Part shown: positions 1-11,293 of the stretch, piece after piece
Position numbering within the stretch: position 1 is the first letter of the stretch
Layout of the letters: the number at the start of each line of letters is the position of its first letter
NCBI GenBank assembly: GCA_002104945.1
Contig: MCFH01000185.1
Coordinates: 1 to 19,663, forward strand
DNA length: 19,663 nucleotides
Reading direction: 5' to 3'
Origin: Piromyces finnis finn
Taxonomy: Eukaryota; Fungi; Neocallimastigomycota
Position numbers and translations under genes: made by a program
The notes under the pieces: model-generated
What the model saw: only the letters and a program-made list of their open reading frames with translations
What the model was told of the DNA's origin: nothing
The model's database searches: none

Positions 1-1790
1 TAATATTGTTGAAAATATTACTAAAAAGAAGGTTATTATTAAACTAATAAAAGCAACTAGTCCATAGTCTGAATGCATTGTGAAATAATGAATTCTTGTC
101 AGATTGTCAATACTATTTAAAATGTCTTTTACAGGTCGTTTATTAAAAAAAAATTCATAAACATAATTGACTACTTTGGAAGAGTAACTATCATAATCAT
201 CAACTAATGAACTTGGTCTTGGAATACTTTGAATTTTTTTTGCTAATTCACAATCTAATATTGAACAGATTTCTTATCAACGTACAAACTTTTCATAGCC
301 GTATAACAATTGAATATTTTTACAAAAAAGTTTTTTTGAACATAGGCTGAGGCAAAATATTTTACTACTTCTATGGAAGCTTCTAAATTTTTTTCAGGAA
401 TAAATTTAGCTATACCAATGTTATAACCGGTAAGACAGGATCCATGAATTCCTTTTATTTCTCCAGGCATTTCAGACATAGTATAACCAGGTAACCCGAT
501 AATATCAAAATATGATGAAAATACTGAATTTCCTGATATCATGTACATAATTGCATAGTTTTCATCCATTGTAAATAAATCGGCTAATCCAAAAAAAAAA
601 AAAGGTTTTTATTATATAAAGTTGAATAAAAAGGAGTATATATATTTTCATATTAATATATAAATATACTTATATTTATAATATGTATATTTTTTAAAAA
701 AATATGATTTATTATTTTTACTTGATGATGTTTCATTTTTTATTTTATCCAATTTATTCATTGCGTCAAGTGCTATTTTACTGTTAAATTCAGGTATTGG
801 TGAATCTTTTGTTTCTCTAAAAGAGTATAATATTCATAAAGTGAACACATTGTTATATCATTTTCTATTATTTTATTATTTATTTTATTAAATAAATAAA
901 AATAATTATTAACATCAACATATTAAAAAAAAAAAAAAAAAAGATGTATTATTTTGAAATATTTACTTGGAAATAAATTACTAAATCCAATAAGATCATT
1001 ATTATTAGTTGCTCGTTCTCCTTCTAAAACAATTTTTGTTGTTTCTACTAATTCATCCCATGTTTCTGGTATTGTCCTATTATATTTATTCAATAGGTTT
1101 ATATTTGAATATAAAAGTTTGTATTTCACATAAACTGGCTATATTTTTTTTTTTATTTTATTATTATTTATTAATTTATTTATTAATTATAAATAATTAT
1201 TATTAATTAGTATTAATTTTTTTATTATCTATAATTCCATACTAATCCAACACACTGATCCTTGTAGTAGCCTGAGTTTATTGTTTCATCTGACGAATAT
1301 GAATCAATAATTTCTTTTGGTAAATATTTTTTTAAATCAATAAAGTAAGGAGCATAACGTCTTGTAAATAATGGATCATAGATAAATACATCATATTTAT
1401 GTGACTTTTTATTGAGAAGTGTATCTATGGTTGACGAATAAAAATCTTTTCCAATAGTTGAATTTTGTTCTGTAAATAAATTTAATTTTAATTTAATATC
1501 CAAGTTATTTTCTTTAACATATCTATTGTTGAAATCATTGATTATCAACTGATATAATTCAGAGTATGAAAAAAAAGATTGTACCACGATATTAATGGTA
1601 ATTGCCTTTGTTAAGGCTATAGTATATTATATTAATTATTTAAAAAATATATATAGATAAATATTTATTTTAATACTATTACTTTTTTTTTTTCAAATTA
1701 TATTCTATCATTCTTTTTATTATTTTAATTATAAATATAATGACTATTACCAATAAAACAAAGCAATAGAAAGATAATATTATAATACAT
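1..1790 (-). CDS. Solute-binding-protein (family 1/MalE-like) domain receptor, paralogue 1; probably SBP-7TM (GPCR-like); 3' end runs off the window; 2 apparent 1-nt frameshifts
   Basis: Hand-built exons: 1790-1751 (signal peptide MYYNIIFLLLCFI), 1616-1243, 1138-967, 864-722, 583-<1, all with GT..AG introns. SBP-like motifs: KYDVFIYD, GL/PVY..LYSN..LLNKYN.TIPETWDEL, MPG..GIHGSCLTGYNIGI, SLY..ICSILDC, PRP. A hydrophobic helix begins at the window edge (LVAFISLIITFFLVIFSTIL). The frame must shift at ~828-832 (YE[tatta]YSFRETKDSPIPEF) and at ~270-273. The 7TM part is inferred from paralogue 2 only. Confidence 0.8.
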
Positions 1791-2694
1791 TATAATATTA
1801 TAAATAATAATAAAAGTAACAATAATAATAATAATAATTTATAAATATACAGGAAAAATAAAATAAAAAAAAAAATAAAAATTAAAATTTTTAAATTATT
1901 TAAAAAAGTAGGGGAAAAAATACTTTTTAATAATTATAATGTTTATTATTATGATATAGGATATAATATAATAATAATAATATATAATTAAAATTATTTA
2001 AAATCATATAAATAGGCCTTTTCAAAATCTTATCACTAAAGTTAAAAAAATTGAAAAGTTTTTTAATTTGTATATTTGTCTTATTAAAAAAGAATATACT
2101 TTATTAATAAAAATAATCTTTTAAATATATAAAGATAATTTTTTTTTGTCTATATAATTAAATGTTTAATAATAATATATTATTTATTTTTTTAATGTTT
2201 TTTTTTTTATTTTTATGTTGAAAAGTGTACTATACTATATATGATGGTTTTACGATAATATATAAATATATAATATTACATAATAATTACAAAGAGAATT
2301 AATGCTTTATTGAGAAAAAAAAAAAAAAAAATTATAAAATAATATTTTTATTAAAGTATATATATTCAATTATTTCTTGTACTTTTTATTTATAATGAAA
2401 GAATATTGATGATTTAGTAAAGGTTCTTATTTTTGGAGGGGGTAGATTTCGAACCCTCTAAAAATGGGATCTTTATTAAATCTATTTAGATTTTTCTATT
2501 ATTTAATAGTTGTAAAAAATTTTTTTTTAGTTTCCTTTTTTTAAAAAAATTAAAATAAGGCATTCATTATAATATTTTTATAATGATTAAAGAAAATTGA
2601 AAATATATTTTTTTTTCTTCCTCTATATTTTTTTTTTTATGTTTTTATAATAATATGATTTTGATATATATATTATAAATCTAATTGTTTGTTT

Positions 2695-5377
2695 TCAGTT
2701 ATTTTTTGAAATTCTATTACTATTGGAGACTTTATAATGATAACTTATTAATGCATTAGATATATCAGATGCTCTTCTATGCGTTTGACTTTGAGATTGA
2801 AAACTACCTCTCGTTTCTCTACTTCCTTTACTTCTTTACTTAGACTAGAAGAGTCAAAATTATTAAATATTCGATTCTTTTTTATATATTCTATTTCATT
2901 AAAATCCTCATCTTTATTCTTACACAATACAATTATTACTCTCTTAATATAGATTAATAGGTAGTTTGTAACAGAAAAAAGGATAACATTTATTGTAAAA
3001 ATTATATTGTATAAAAGATAACTCTTATTTCGATTGAAGCGAATACATTAAATACAATAATCGATATAATATCTACTGCAATCAATGCGGTTATAAATCT
3101 TCTTTCATTACGTAACGTTTCCACATTCCAATCTACAAATAATAAAATTGAAATAGTAATGATGGATCCCATTATACAAAATATGGATAGAAAATTAAAA
3201 ATTGCACCAAAGGATTCATAATTTACACATTTTTGGAAATTTTCCCCATTATATGTAAATATTTCAATATGATAGGGTGAAAATAATAGTGTAAAATTAA
3301 GTGAAAATTCAATAAAAACGACTATTCCCGTAAAAATATATTTATTATTTTTTAAACCAATTTGATATTTTATTTTCTTCAGGAAAATTAATAATTAATA
3401 TATAGACAACAGGGATTAAACTCATAGCATGTCCAAAATAAATTATTGGTATTCTAATTTTACATTTAAATTCTGATCCATCTCCATAAAGTTATAAACA
3501 GAGCACATCATAATAATAGATCCTAATAAAGATAGTGTCCAAAACCAATTCGATAGTATTTCAAATTGAGGTTTAAATTATCATGAAATATAAATACATG
3601 GGATACACTCATTATAACGACAATTATTGAAATTATAACAAAAAATATTGGACCTAATATTGAATCTCCTCCTATGACCGAAAAATGATAATATTTTGTT
3701 AGGTCCTCTATTTTTTTAATAACATCAGATAAATCGGCATCGTTATATACATACTCATAAATATATTTCTTAAAATTAATTATGTATAATGGAATATTAT
3801 CTATTTTAAGTTCAAAATCCAAAACAGGCAAAGGTTGTGCGTTTTTATATATATTACAATTTATTAATGAACAAGCTTCTTCATCATCGTATAAACTATT
3901 GATGGCTGAATAAATATTTTTTGAAATAACAAACTTTTTTGAGTATCTTTTGATGTAATAAATTTTAAAGCTCAATAGCCGCTTTTTGGTTTTCTGCACT
4001 TGAATAACGATTTATTGCTATATTATATCCACCAGCAACTGAACCTGAAATACCCCGCTTTTTCTCCGGGAATGTTAGAAGTTGTATAATCAGGATTATG
4101 TTCATAATACCAAAATTTTAAAAATAATGCTTTTCCTGATATAATTCTTTCTCTTGTATCATCATCTTCCATTAGAAATTGCGAATCTAGAAGATAAAAA
4201 AAAAACCAATACATGTATTTTTTTTTAAACTATTAATTATTTTTCTAAAAGTGAATAGAAAAATAAAAAAAATTTTTTTTATTAAAAAATTCCTCAAACC
4301 TGAGCCAATTTCATTTTTTAAAATTTTAATCATTTTTATGGCATTTTGTGCTGAATCACTTTCTATGCCTGGATATAAATCAGCATTTGATTTTCTAATG
4401 AAGTAATTAATTCATAAATTGATAATATTCCATAATCACCCTCTTTTTATATAATATATCATTATTATACAATGAAATCATTTAATGATATGAAAATTAT
4501 CAAATTAAATTAATATTAAATATTTACCACTAAACAATCCATTATATGATATTATATCTGTATTATTTAGCTTTTTTTCTTCTTCCATTATATATTTACT
4601 CGTTTTTATTAATTCATCCCATGTTTTAGGAACTTTTTCTCCATATTTATCCAATAGTTTTTTATTTGAATATAAAACGCTTAATTCAATTGTGAAAGGC
4701 TAAATATATATATATAAATGAATTAATAAAAAAAATTACAAAAAGTTATAAAATATTTACAATATATAATTAAAAGTATTTTAAAAATACATTATATGTA
4801 TTTTTCTGTATATTATATTTTAAAAATAATTCCAAGTAAAAAAAAAAAAAAGGTAATATTTACTAGTCCTATCACTTTTTTATTCCATGTACATGTTTTT
4901 GATATAATATTTTTATCAAACATATTAATATGTTCTTCCGATATTAAACCATTTAAAGGTACAAAATGTTCTCCATACACTTCAGAAAAGGATGCATAAT
5001 AAAAAATTAAATCATATTTTGTTGATTGTCTTGCAAGTAACGTACCCACAATCGATGCATAATCGTCAATACTTGAAGTTGAATTTTCTGGTGCTAGAAT
5101 TGTTAATTCTATTTGAATATCTAAGTTTTGTTTTTTTGAATATTTATTAAATTCATCCACAATTGGTGTAAGTAAATTTAATCTCTCACTATATGCATAG
5201 GATATTGCTTTTATTTTAACTGAATTTATACCAACCTGTAATGTAAAAAAAACTAGTTAATATATTTAAATATAAGATGTATAATGAAAAAAAAATAATA
5301 ATAAAAAAAAAAAGTTAATAGTTACAGATACAGTTAAATATAATGAATATGAATATGTAAATAAAATACAAATTCAT
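2695..5377 (-). CDS. Solute-binding-protein domain + 7TM (GPCR-like) receptor, paralogue 2; about 9 apparent 1-nt frameshifts
   Basis: Exons: 5377-5326, 5252-4864, 4699-4528, 4442-4300, ~4186-2695 (stop TGA 2697-2695); the first intron boundaries are the least certain. SBP motifs: KYDLIFY, GLPF..LYSNKKLLDKYGEKVPKTWDEL, PGEK.GISGSVAGGYNIAIN, SLYDDEEAC. Several hydrophobic segments follow (GPIFFVIISIIVVIMSV; WFWTLSLLGSIIMMCSV; KCKIRIPIIYFGHAMSLIP; NFPEENKIS; FVDWNVETL; FSVTNYLLIY), then a cytoplasmic tail ending ..ISYHYKVSNSNRISKNN*. Indels near 4397, 4053, 3970, 3935, 3577, 3489, 3350, 3025 and 2833. Confidence 0.82.
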
Positions 5378-5831
5378 TTTATTTGACTTATTTTCTTGAA
5401 TATTGTTAATTTTATTATTATAATTTATTATATAATATTAAACATATATGTAATTAAGTATTGATATGTTAAATCCTACGATATATATTAAAAAAGATAG
5501 AGGAAAATTTTATTGAATAACATATGTATATATTAATATTTATACTTTTTTTTTTAATTCTCCATAAATAATCTTAAAAAATTTATTAAATATTAAAATA
5601 TTCTATAAATACATTTTTTTAATAAAATTTATAATTTCAAAGATAAAAAAAAAAGTTTATATTTTAATTTTTTATTTTTTTATATTTAAATTGGTTATTA
5701 TTTTTTAATAAATTTTTAATTATTTTTACATATTATATAATATTATATAGGCATAAATATTATAAACATTTTTTCTTACTTATACCTAATAATGTGTTTA
5801 TTTTTCTCGAAATATTTTAATTAAATATTAA

Positions 5832-8137
5832 TCATATATTTTGAGAAAAATTGTAACGATAATTAGAAGTTACATTTAAATCAACATTTTCAATTTCATT
5901 TAATGATTCATTTGAATCTTTTATATTCTTTGGTTTCTTTGAAGTAAGTCTTCTAGTAACTGTAGATGCACCACGTTTTACTGAAGTTGCTCTTCTAGAA
6001 AGACCTCTTTTGATATTTTCATATTTTTTAGGATTTTTCTTTATTAATAGGAAAATACCAGCAGCACCAACAACAGAACCAGTCAAAGCGAAACCAGTAA
6101 CAACTGTTCCAGTATTACTTGAATCTACTATGCTATCAACTTCATTTGATTCTTCATCAACACCTTTAGTATTATTAACAGGTGATACATTTGGTTGTTT
6201 ATTATCATCCTCTTTAGTATTAGTTGTTTGAATATTATTAATTTCTTGATTACTAGTATTAATTATATTTTCACTTTGATTTAATCCATTATTTTCATTT
6301 TGAATTTCATCTTTGGGTTCTTTTTCAATTTCTATTGATGAAGTAGTTGGTTTAATATTAATCTTTGAATCTTCCTTAACAGCATTTTGCTTTACTTTAG
6401 CTTCGTTTAATGATTCGCTTGATTCATTTTTATGAACTTTAGCTTCATTTTTGTCTTGTATTTCATGATCTTTATAATCATATTTGTCTTGATTATAATT
6501 TATTGAATTATCCTTACCTTCGTGTTTGTCTGATTTAGTAATACTAGATGATTTATTAATAACTAATGGTTCTTCAGTTGAACTTACTTTATTTGTTGGT
6601 TGAGTTTCTTCTGCTCTAATAGTAGTTGTAGCAATGATATCGATATTAACAGGTTGAACAGTTGTGGTTTTAATTATTTTAGTAGAAGATTCAATAGAAG
6701 TTGTTGTAGTTGGCTTAATGACTACAGTAGTAGTAGTTGTTGTAGTTGGCTTAATGACTACAGTAGTAGTAGTTGTTATAGTTGGCTTATTGACTACAGT
6801 AGTTGTTGTTGTGGTTGGCTTAATGACTACAGTAGTAGTTGTTGTTGTAGTTGGCTTATTGACTACAGTAGTTGTTGTTGTGGTTGGCTTAATGACTACA
6901 GTAGTAGTAGTTGTTATAGTTGGCTTATTGACTACAGTAGTAGTAGTTGTTATAGTTGGCTTATTGACTATAGTAGTATTGTAGTATGTTTTTTAGTAGT
7001 AGTAGTAGTAGTAATTGGTTTAGGTGTAGTCTTTACAACTGTAGTGGTACTAACCTTGACTGCATTTTGTTGTGAAGCTACTGCATTTGATGATGAACTA
7101 ATAAATGCTATTAAATAAAATATTAAATATTATATATTATATATTAATTAAATATTTTCTTACACAAAATTATATATATACCGATTTTTTGCTATTAATA
7201 TTTGATTAAAAAAAAAACTTACGTTGACTAAAATCTGAACCACATCTTTCTTTTCCATTAAAAATGGAACCGGCTTGTACTAAAGACTGAGTTTCCTTAA
7301 TAATCATACTAATACCTAATCCATTAATATTCTTACATATCTTTGAATAATCATGATTTTAAAAAGTTTTGGTAGGAAATACCAAAAACAGCCTTTCCTT
7401 TATTAAGGAAATTTTTATATAAATGGCATTCAGGATTTTTAAGTGTTGCACAGCTTTCATTAATTGCAAAATCAAAATAATCAGAAACATCATCAATCAT
7501 AAAAAGTGCATTCTTTAAACCAATAGAAATTCCCATATCATGAGCAGTTTGACCTAACCACTTTGCAAACTTTATTGTATCTTCTTTAGTAAGTGGATTA
7601 GACCAACTTTTAACTTCATCTTGTTGCCAACCATCTAAATTATCAACTTCAAGAGCATCACACTTCTTAGTAATTGCTTCTTGCATTCTATTTTTAATGA
7701 GAGGTTTAAGACCTTCCTTACGAATATCAAGCCAATTTTCTCCAGCCCATTCTTCATACTCATTACGAACTAAATTACTAATCTCATAAAATTTACTTTT
7801 ATCTGAACGAAAATCTTCAAGAGTACCACCTGAGAAATAACAAATGACCTTTTTATTAGCATTATGAATATTTGTAATGATTGAACTTTCAGTTTTATAA
7901 TCGATATCAACTATTTCAGCTGGTTCTTTAGAACTTTAAAAAAATGGTATACAATATAAATTTTTTTCTTTAAATAATAATTTTTTATATTTCAATAATA
8001 TTTTATTATACTTACAGATCAACTTTTCCTTCAAGAACATAATTCCATGTTGCACCTTGAGGTGGCATCCATCTTGCTTCAGCATTTTTTAATAATAATA
8101 AAGAAACAATAATGCTACTAGATAGTAAGTACTTCAT
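5832..8137 (-). CDS. GH114 family glycoside hydrolase (endo-alpha-1,4-polygalactosaminidase-like) with Thr-rich stalk and C-terminal transmembrane anchor
   Basis: Exons 8137-8016, 7933-7223, 7107-5832. Signal peptide MKYLLSSSIIVSLLLLKNAEA, then RWMPPQGATWNYVL, KVICYFSGGTLEDFRSD, WAGENWLDIR, CDALEVDNLDG, IGLKNA, FDFAINESC: typical GH114 motifs. A Thr/Val/Lys/Pro repeat stalk and an acidic/Asn linker follow, then TM (TVVTGFALTGSVVGAAGIFLLI) and a basic tail. Apparent frameshifts at ~7357-7370 and ~6979-6996. Confidence 0.88.
6709..6975. repeat. Coding tandem repeat, 33-36 bp unit x about 8 (minus-strand peptide VV[I/N]KPTTTTTTT)
   Basis: Plus-strand unit gttggctta(a/t)tgactacagtagtagtagttgttgta starts at 6709, 6745, 6781, 6814, 6850, 6883, 6919 and 6955. 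It is in frame with the GH114 C-terminal exon. Confidence 0.9.
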
Positions 8138-9327
8138 TTTTTGTTAAAATAAATTTTACGTTTTTTTTTTAATTTTTTAACAATTTTTTTTACTTTTAAA
8201 ATTTATATTTAATTTGTAATTTTATTCTCTGTTGTGTTTATATGAAATGTGTCTAATTTTTAATTATTTTGTATAATATTTCAAAGTGAATTGTTTTTTA
8301 TTTACTGTTATATATATTATTTATTATTTTCCATAAAAATTCTTATATATATTTACAACTAGTTTTATATATACAAATAAAAACTTAATATTGAATTTGA
8401 TTCTTTTATAAAAAAACAACTACAATAATAATAATAATAATAATAATTAATTAAATATAAAAGAATAACAAATAAAAATGAAAAATAATATAATAATATA
8501 ATAATAATAATAATAATAATAATAACGATGATGATGATGATGAATGAAATATTTTAAAAGGAAAAAAAAAAAGGTTATTAAAGGCTCTTCTAAGTTAAAA
8601 AAAAGCTTTAATTAAATTTATTATAATTAATTAAAACTACCCAATAAAATGATCATAATAATTATAATCAAATAAAAAAACATAAGAAAAAAAGGTTATT
8701 TGTAATATTATTAATATTATTAATATTAGTATATATAATAATAATAATAAAATAATAAATTAATAATATATTTTTTTAATTATTCATAATAAAAGTATAA
8801 TACCAAACTTTTATAATTATTTTTATTAATGATTAGTTATAATGGTTGAAATAAAATGTCAATTAACAAAGTTTTCAATTTTTCACGAAATCAAATGAAC
8901 AGTTAAATATAAATTTTAATTTTTTAAATTTTATATAAATTAAAGTTAAATTTGTTTACATTTTAATAATATTTTAATTTATCTCAAACTAGCCAATAAT
9001 ATTTTTCTTTATTAATTATATTTTAATAATTTAATAAATTAAATTTAATAAATTTGATTAAAAAACTATATTTAATATGTTTCATTTTACATAATTTTTA
9101 AAATTCATTTTCTTTATAAACTCTTCTTTTGAAAAGAGAGTAATTTTAATGTGCTTTTTTATATATAAAGATATTTATATTTCTATTATTCTAATGTACT
9201 TTTTATAAAAATATTTTTACTTTTTTTACAAGAATTATTAATATAATATTAACCTCTAATACCATAAACTATTCATTAATAATTATCAATTATAATGTTA
9301 TTAATAATTTCAGTAAAATTATATAGA

Positions 9328-9416
9328 CATCATCATCATCATTATTATTATTATTATTATTAAATATTATTATTATTAAATATTATTATTATTATTATTA
9401 TTTTTTATTATTATTA

Positions 9417-9452
<36 letters not shown>

Positions 9453-9489
9453 TTATTATTATTTTATATTATTATTATTATTATTATTA

Positions 9490-9524
<35 letters not shown>

Positions 9525-9534
9525 TATTATTATT
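9328..9534. repeat. (CAT)n followed by imperfect (ATT)n microsatellite, about 200 bp
   Basis: Directly visible; ends about 200 bp outside the left palindrome arm. Confidence 0.9.
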
Positions 9535-10003
9535 AACATTTTAAATTGACCATATTTCGCAATAAAAAATAAATAAATTTTATTTTTTTTATTTTAAAAT
9601 TAAATATCAACTATAAAGTATTTTATAAATGTTGACAAAGGTACTAACTAAAATAATTTATCTAATATCTAATAAAATTAACAATAAAATAGTTACTAAT
9701 GTAATAAATAATTATTTATTAACTAAATAGTTATGTTTTTAATTTTTTTTTTATTTTTTTTATTTTTTGTATAGATTTAAATAAATTATTTGTTATATAT
9801 ATTACAATATATCGTTTTTATATAGAATATTTTTAAAAAAAATATTTTAAAAGAATATTTTACAAAAACAATTTTCATAAAATAAAAACAAATATTTATC
9901 TATATATTATTTTGAAATATTTTAAAAAAAATATTAAATATATTACATTAAAAATTTAAAAAATAAATTTAATTTATATTAGTAAATTTTTAGTAGTGAA
10001 TTT

Positions 10004-11293
10004 TTAGTAGTGTCTGTGATTCTTCTTCTTATCTTTCTTCATTTGTTTAAGAAGATTCTTTGCTTCTTCAAGATATTCTTTGGCTTCTTCAAGTTCTTCT
10101 TCTTCAGCTTCAATGTCACTGCTATTGTTGCTATCATCAACAGCAACAGCACTTTCATCATCATCTTCACCTTCAACTTCAACATCACTATCATTCTTAC
10201 ATTGTTCAAGATCCTTGTTTTCTTCTAAATCACAATCTGGTTCATCACCGTCATTTTCATCATCGTCGTTTTCATCACCGTTATTATCATTTTCATTATC
10301 ATTTTCATTGTTACCTTTTTTACATTCAGAAAGATCAGCATTTTCTGGAAGAGAACAGTAGCATTCTTGAACATCACTGTTTTCTGGCTTTGAACAATCT
10401 AAAGTATCATCAGTCTTACATTCTGGTAATTCACTGTTTTCTGGTTTGGAACAATCAACCTTACATTGTTCATTGTCCTTGTTTTCTGGTTTGGAACAGT
10501 CAACCTTACATTGTTCATTGTCCTTGTTTTCTGGTCTGGAACAATCAACCTTACATTGTTCATTGTCCTTGTTTTCTGGTTTGGAACAGTCAACCTTACA
10601 TTGTTCATTGTCCTTGTTTTCTGGTTTGGAACAGTCAACCTTACATTGTTCATTGTCCTTGTTTTCTGGTTTGGAACAGTCTGGAGCTGGAACTGGAGTT
10701 TCTTCTTCAGTCTTACATTCTGGTAATTCACTGTTTTCTGGTTTGGAACAGTCTGGAGCTGGAACTGGGGCTGGAACTGGAGTTTCTTCTTCAGTCTTAC
10801 ATTCTGGTAATTCACTGTTTTCTGGCTTGGAACAGTCAATCTTACATTGTTCATTATCCTTGTTTTCTGGTTTGGAACAGTCAACCTTACATTGTTCATT
10901 GTCCTTGTTTTCTGGTTTGGAACAGTCAACCTTACATTGTTCATTGTCCTTGTTTTCTGGTTTGGAACAGTCAACCTTACATTGTGGTAAATATTTGAAT
11001 TCTGGTTTAGAACAGTCAATTATTGGAATGATTGGTGTTGGTACAATTTGAGTTGGCTTTGGAGCAACTGTGGTAGTTGGAATAGATGGAGTAGGAATAG
11101 ATGGTATAGAAGGAACGGATGGTGTATTCCATCCCCAATTCCACCAATTCCAACCTGAATTATTATTATTGTTGTTGTTGTTGTTGTTGTTTCCCCATCC
11201 CCAGGAATCCCAACCCCAGCAAGGTAAACCAAAGACTTGAGATTGAGAAAGTAAGACACTAACTAAAACGGCTGAATATAATTTGTTGTACAT
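10004..11293 (-). CDS. Secreted Cys-rich repeat protein of unknown family, copy A (429 aa, intact, no introns)
   Basis: Single ORF: signal peptide MYNKLYSAVLVSVLLSQSQVFG; Trp/Gly/Asn block; Pro/Thr linker; 15 C-X10-C modules (consensus VDCSKPENKDNEQCK); acidic D/E/N region; helical acidic-to-basic tail EEELEEAKEYLEEAKNLLKQMKKDKKKNHRHY. GC content is clearly above the flanks. Confidence 0.92.
   Translation of the reverse strand: MYNKLYSAVLVSVLLSQSQVFGLPCWGWDSWGWGNNNNNNNNNNNSGWNWWNWGWNTPSVPSIPSIPTPSIPTTTVAPKPTQIVPTPIIPIIDCSKPEFKYLPQCKVDCSKPENKDNEQCKVDCSKPENKDNEQCKVDCSKPENKDNEQCKIDCSKPENSELPECKTEEETPVPAPVPAPDCSKPENSELPECKTEEETPVPAPDCSKPENKDNEQCKVDCSKPENKDNEQCKVDCSKPENKDNEQCKVDCSRPENKDNEQCKVDCSKPENKDNEQCKVDCSKPENSELPECKTDDTLDCSKPENSDVQECYCSLPENADLSECKKGNNENDNENDNNGDENDDDENDGDEPDCDLEENKDLEQCKNDSDVEVEGEDDDESAVAVDDSNNSSDIEAEEEELEEAKEYLEEAKNLLKQMKKDKKKNHRHY
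10415..10975 (-). repeat. 45-bp coding tandem array in copy A (11 units with two TEEETPVPA-type linkers)
   Basis: Order: 3x KDNEQ, SELPE, linker, SELPE, linker, 5x KDNEQ, SELPE. Confidence 0.93.

Noticed and set aside
2435-2472. tRNA gene
   Set aside because: Only a T-loop-like word is present; no acceptor, D or anticodon stems can be built from the surrounding AT-rich sequence.
6010-7118. Plus-strand ORFs 6010-6231, 6600-7118 and 6664-6984
   Set aside because: They are antisense shadows of the Thr-rich GH114 C-terminal exon.
8400-8545. (AAT)n(GAT)n tract resembling the inverted (CAT)n(ATT)n tract at 9328
   Set aside because: Simple microsatellite similarity; the flanks do not match, so it is not a second inverted duplication.
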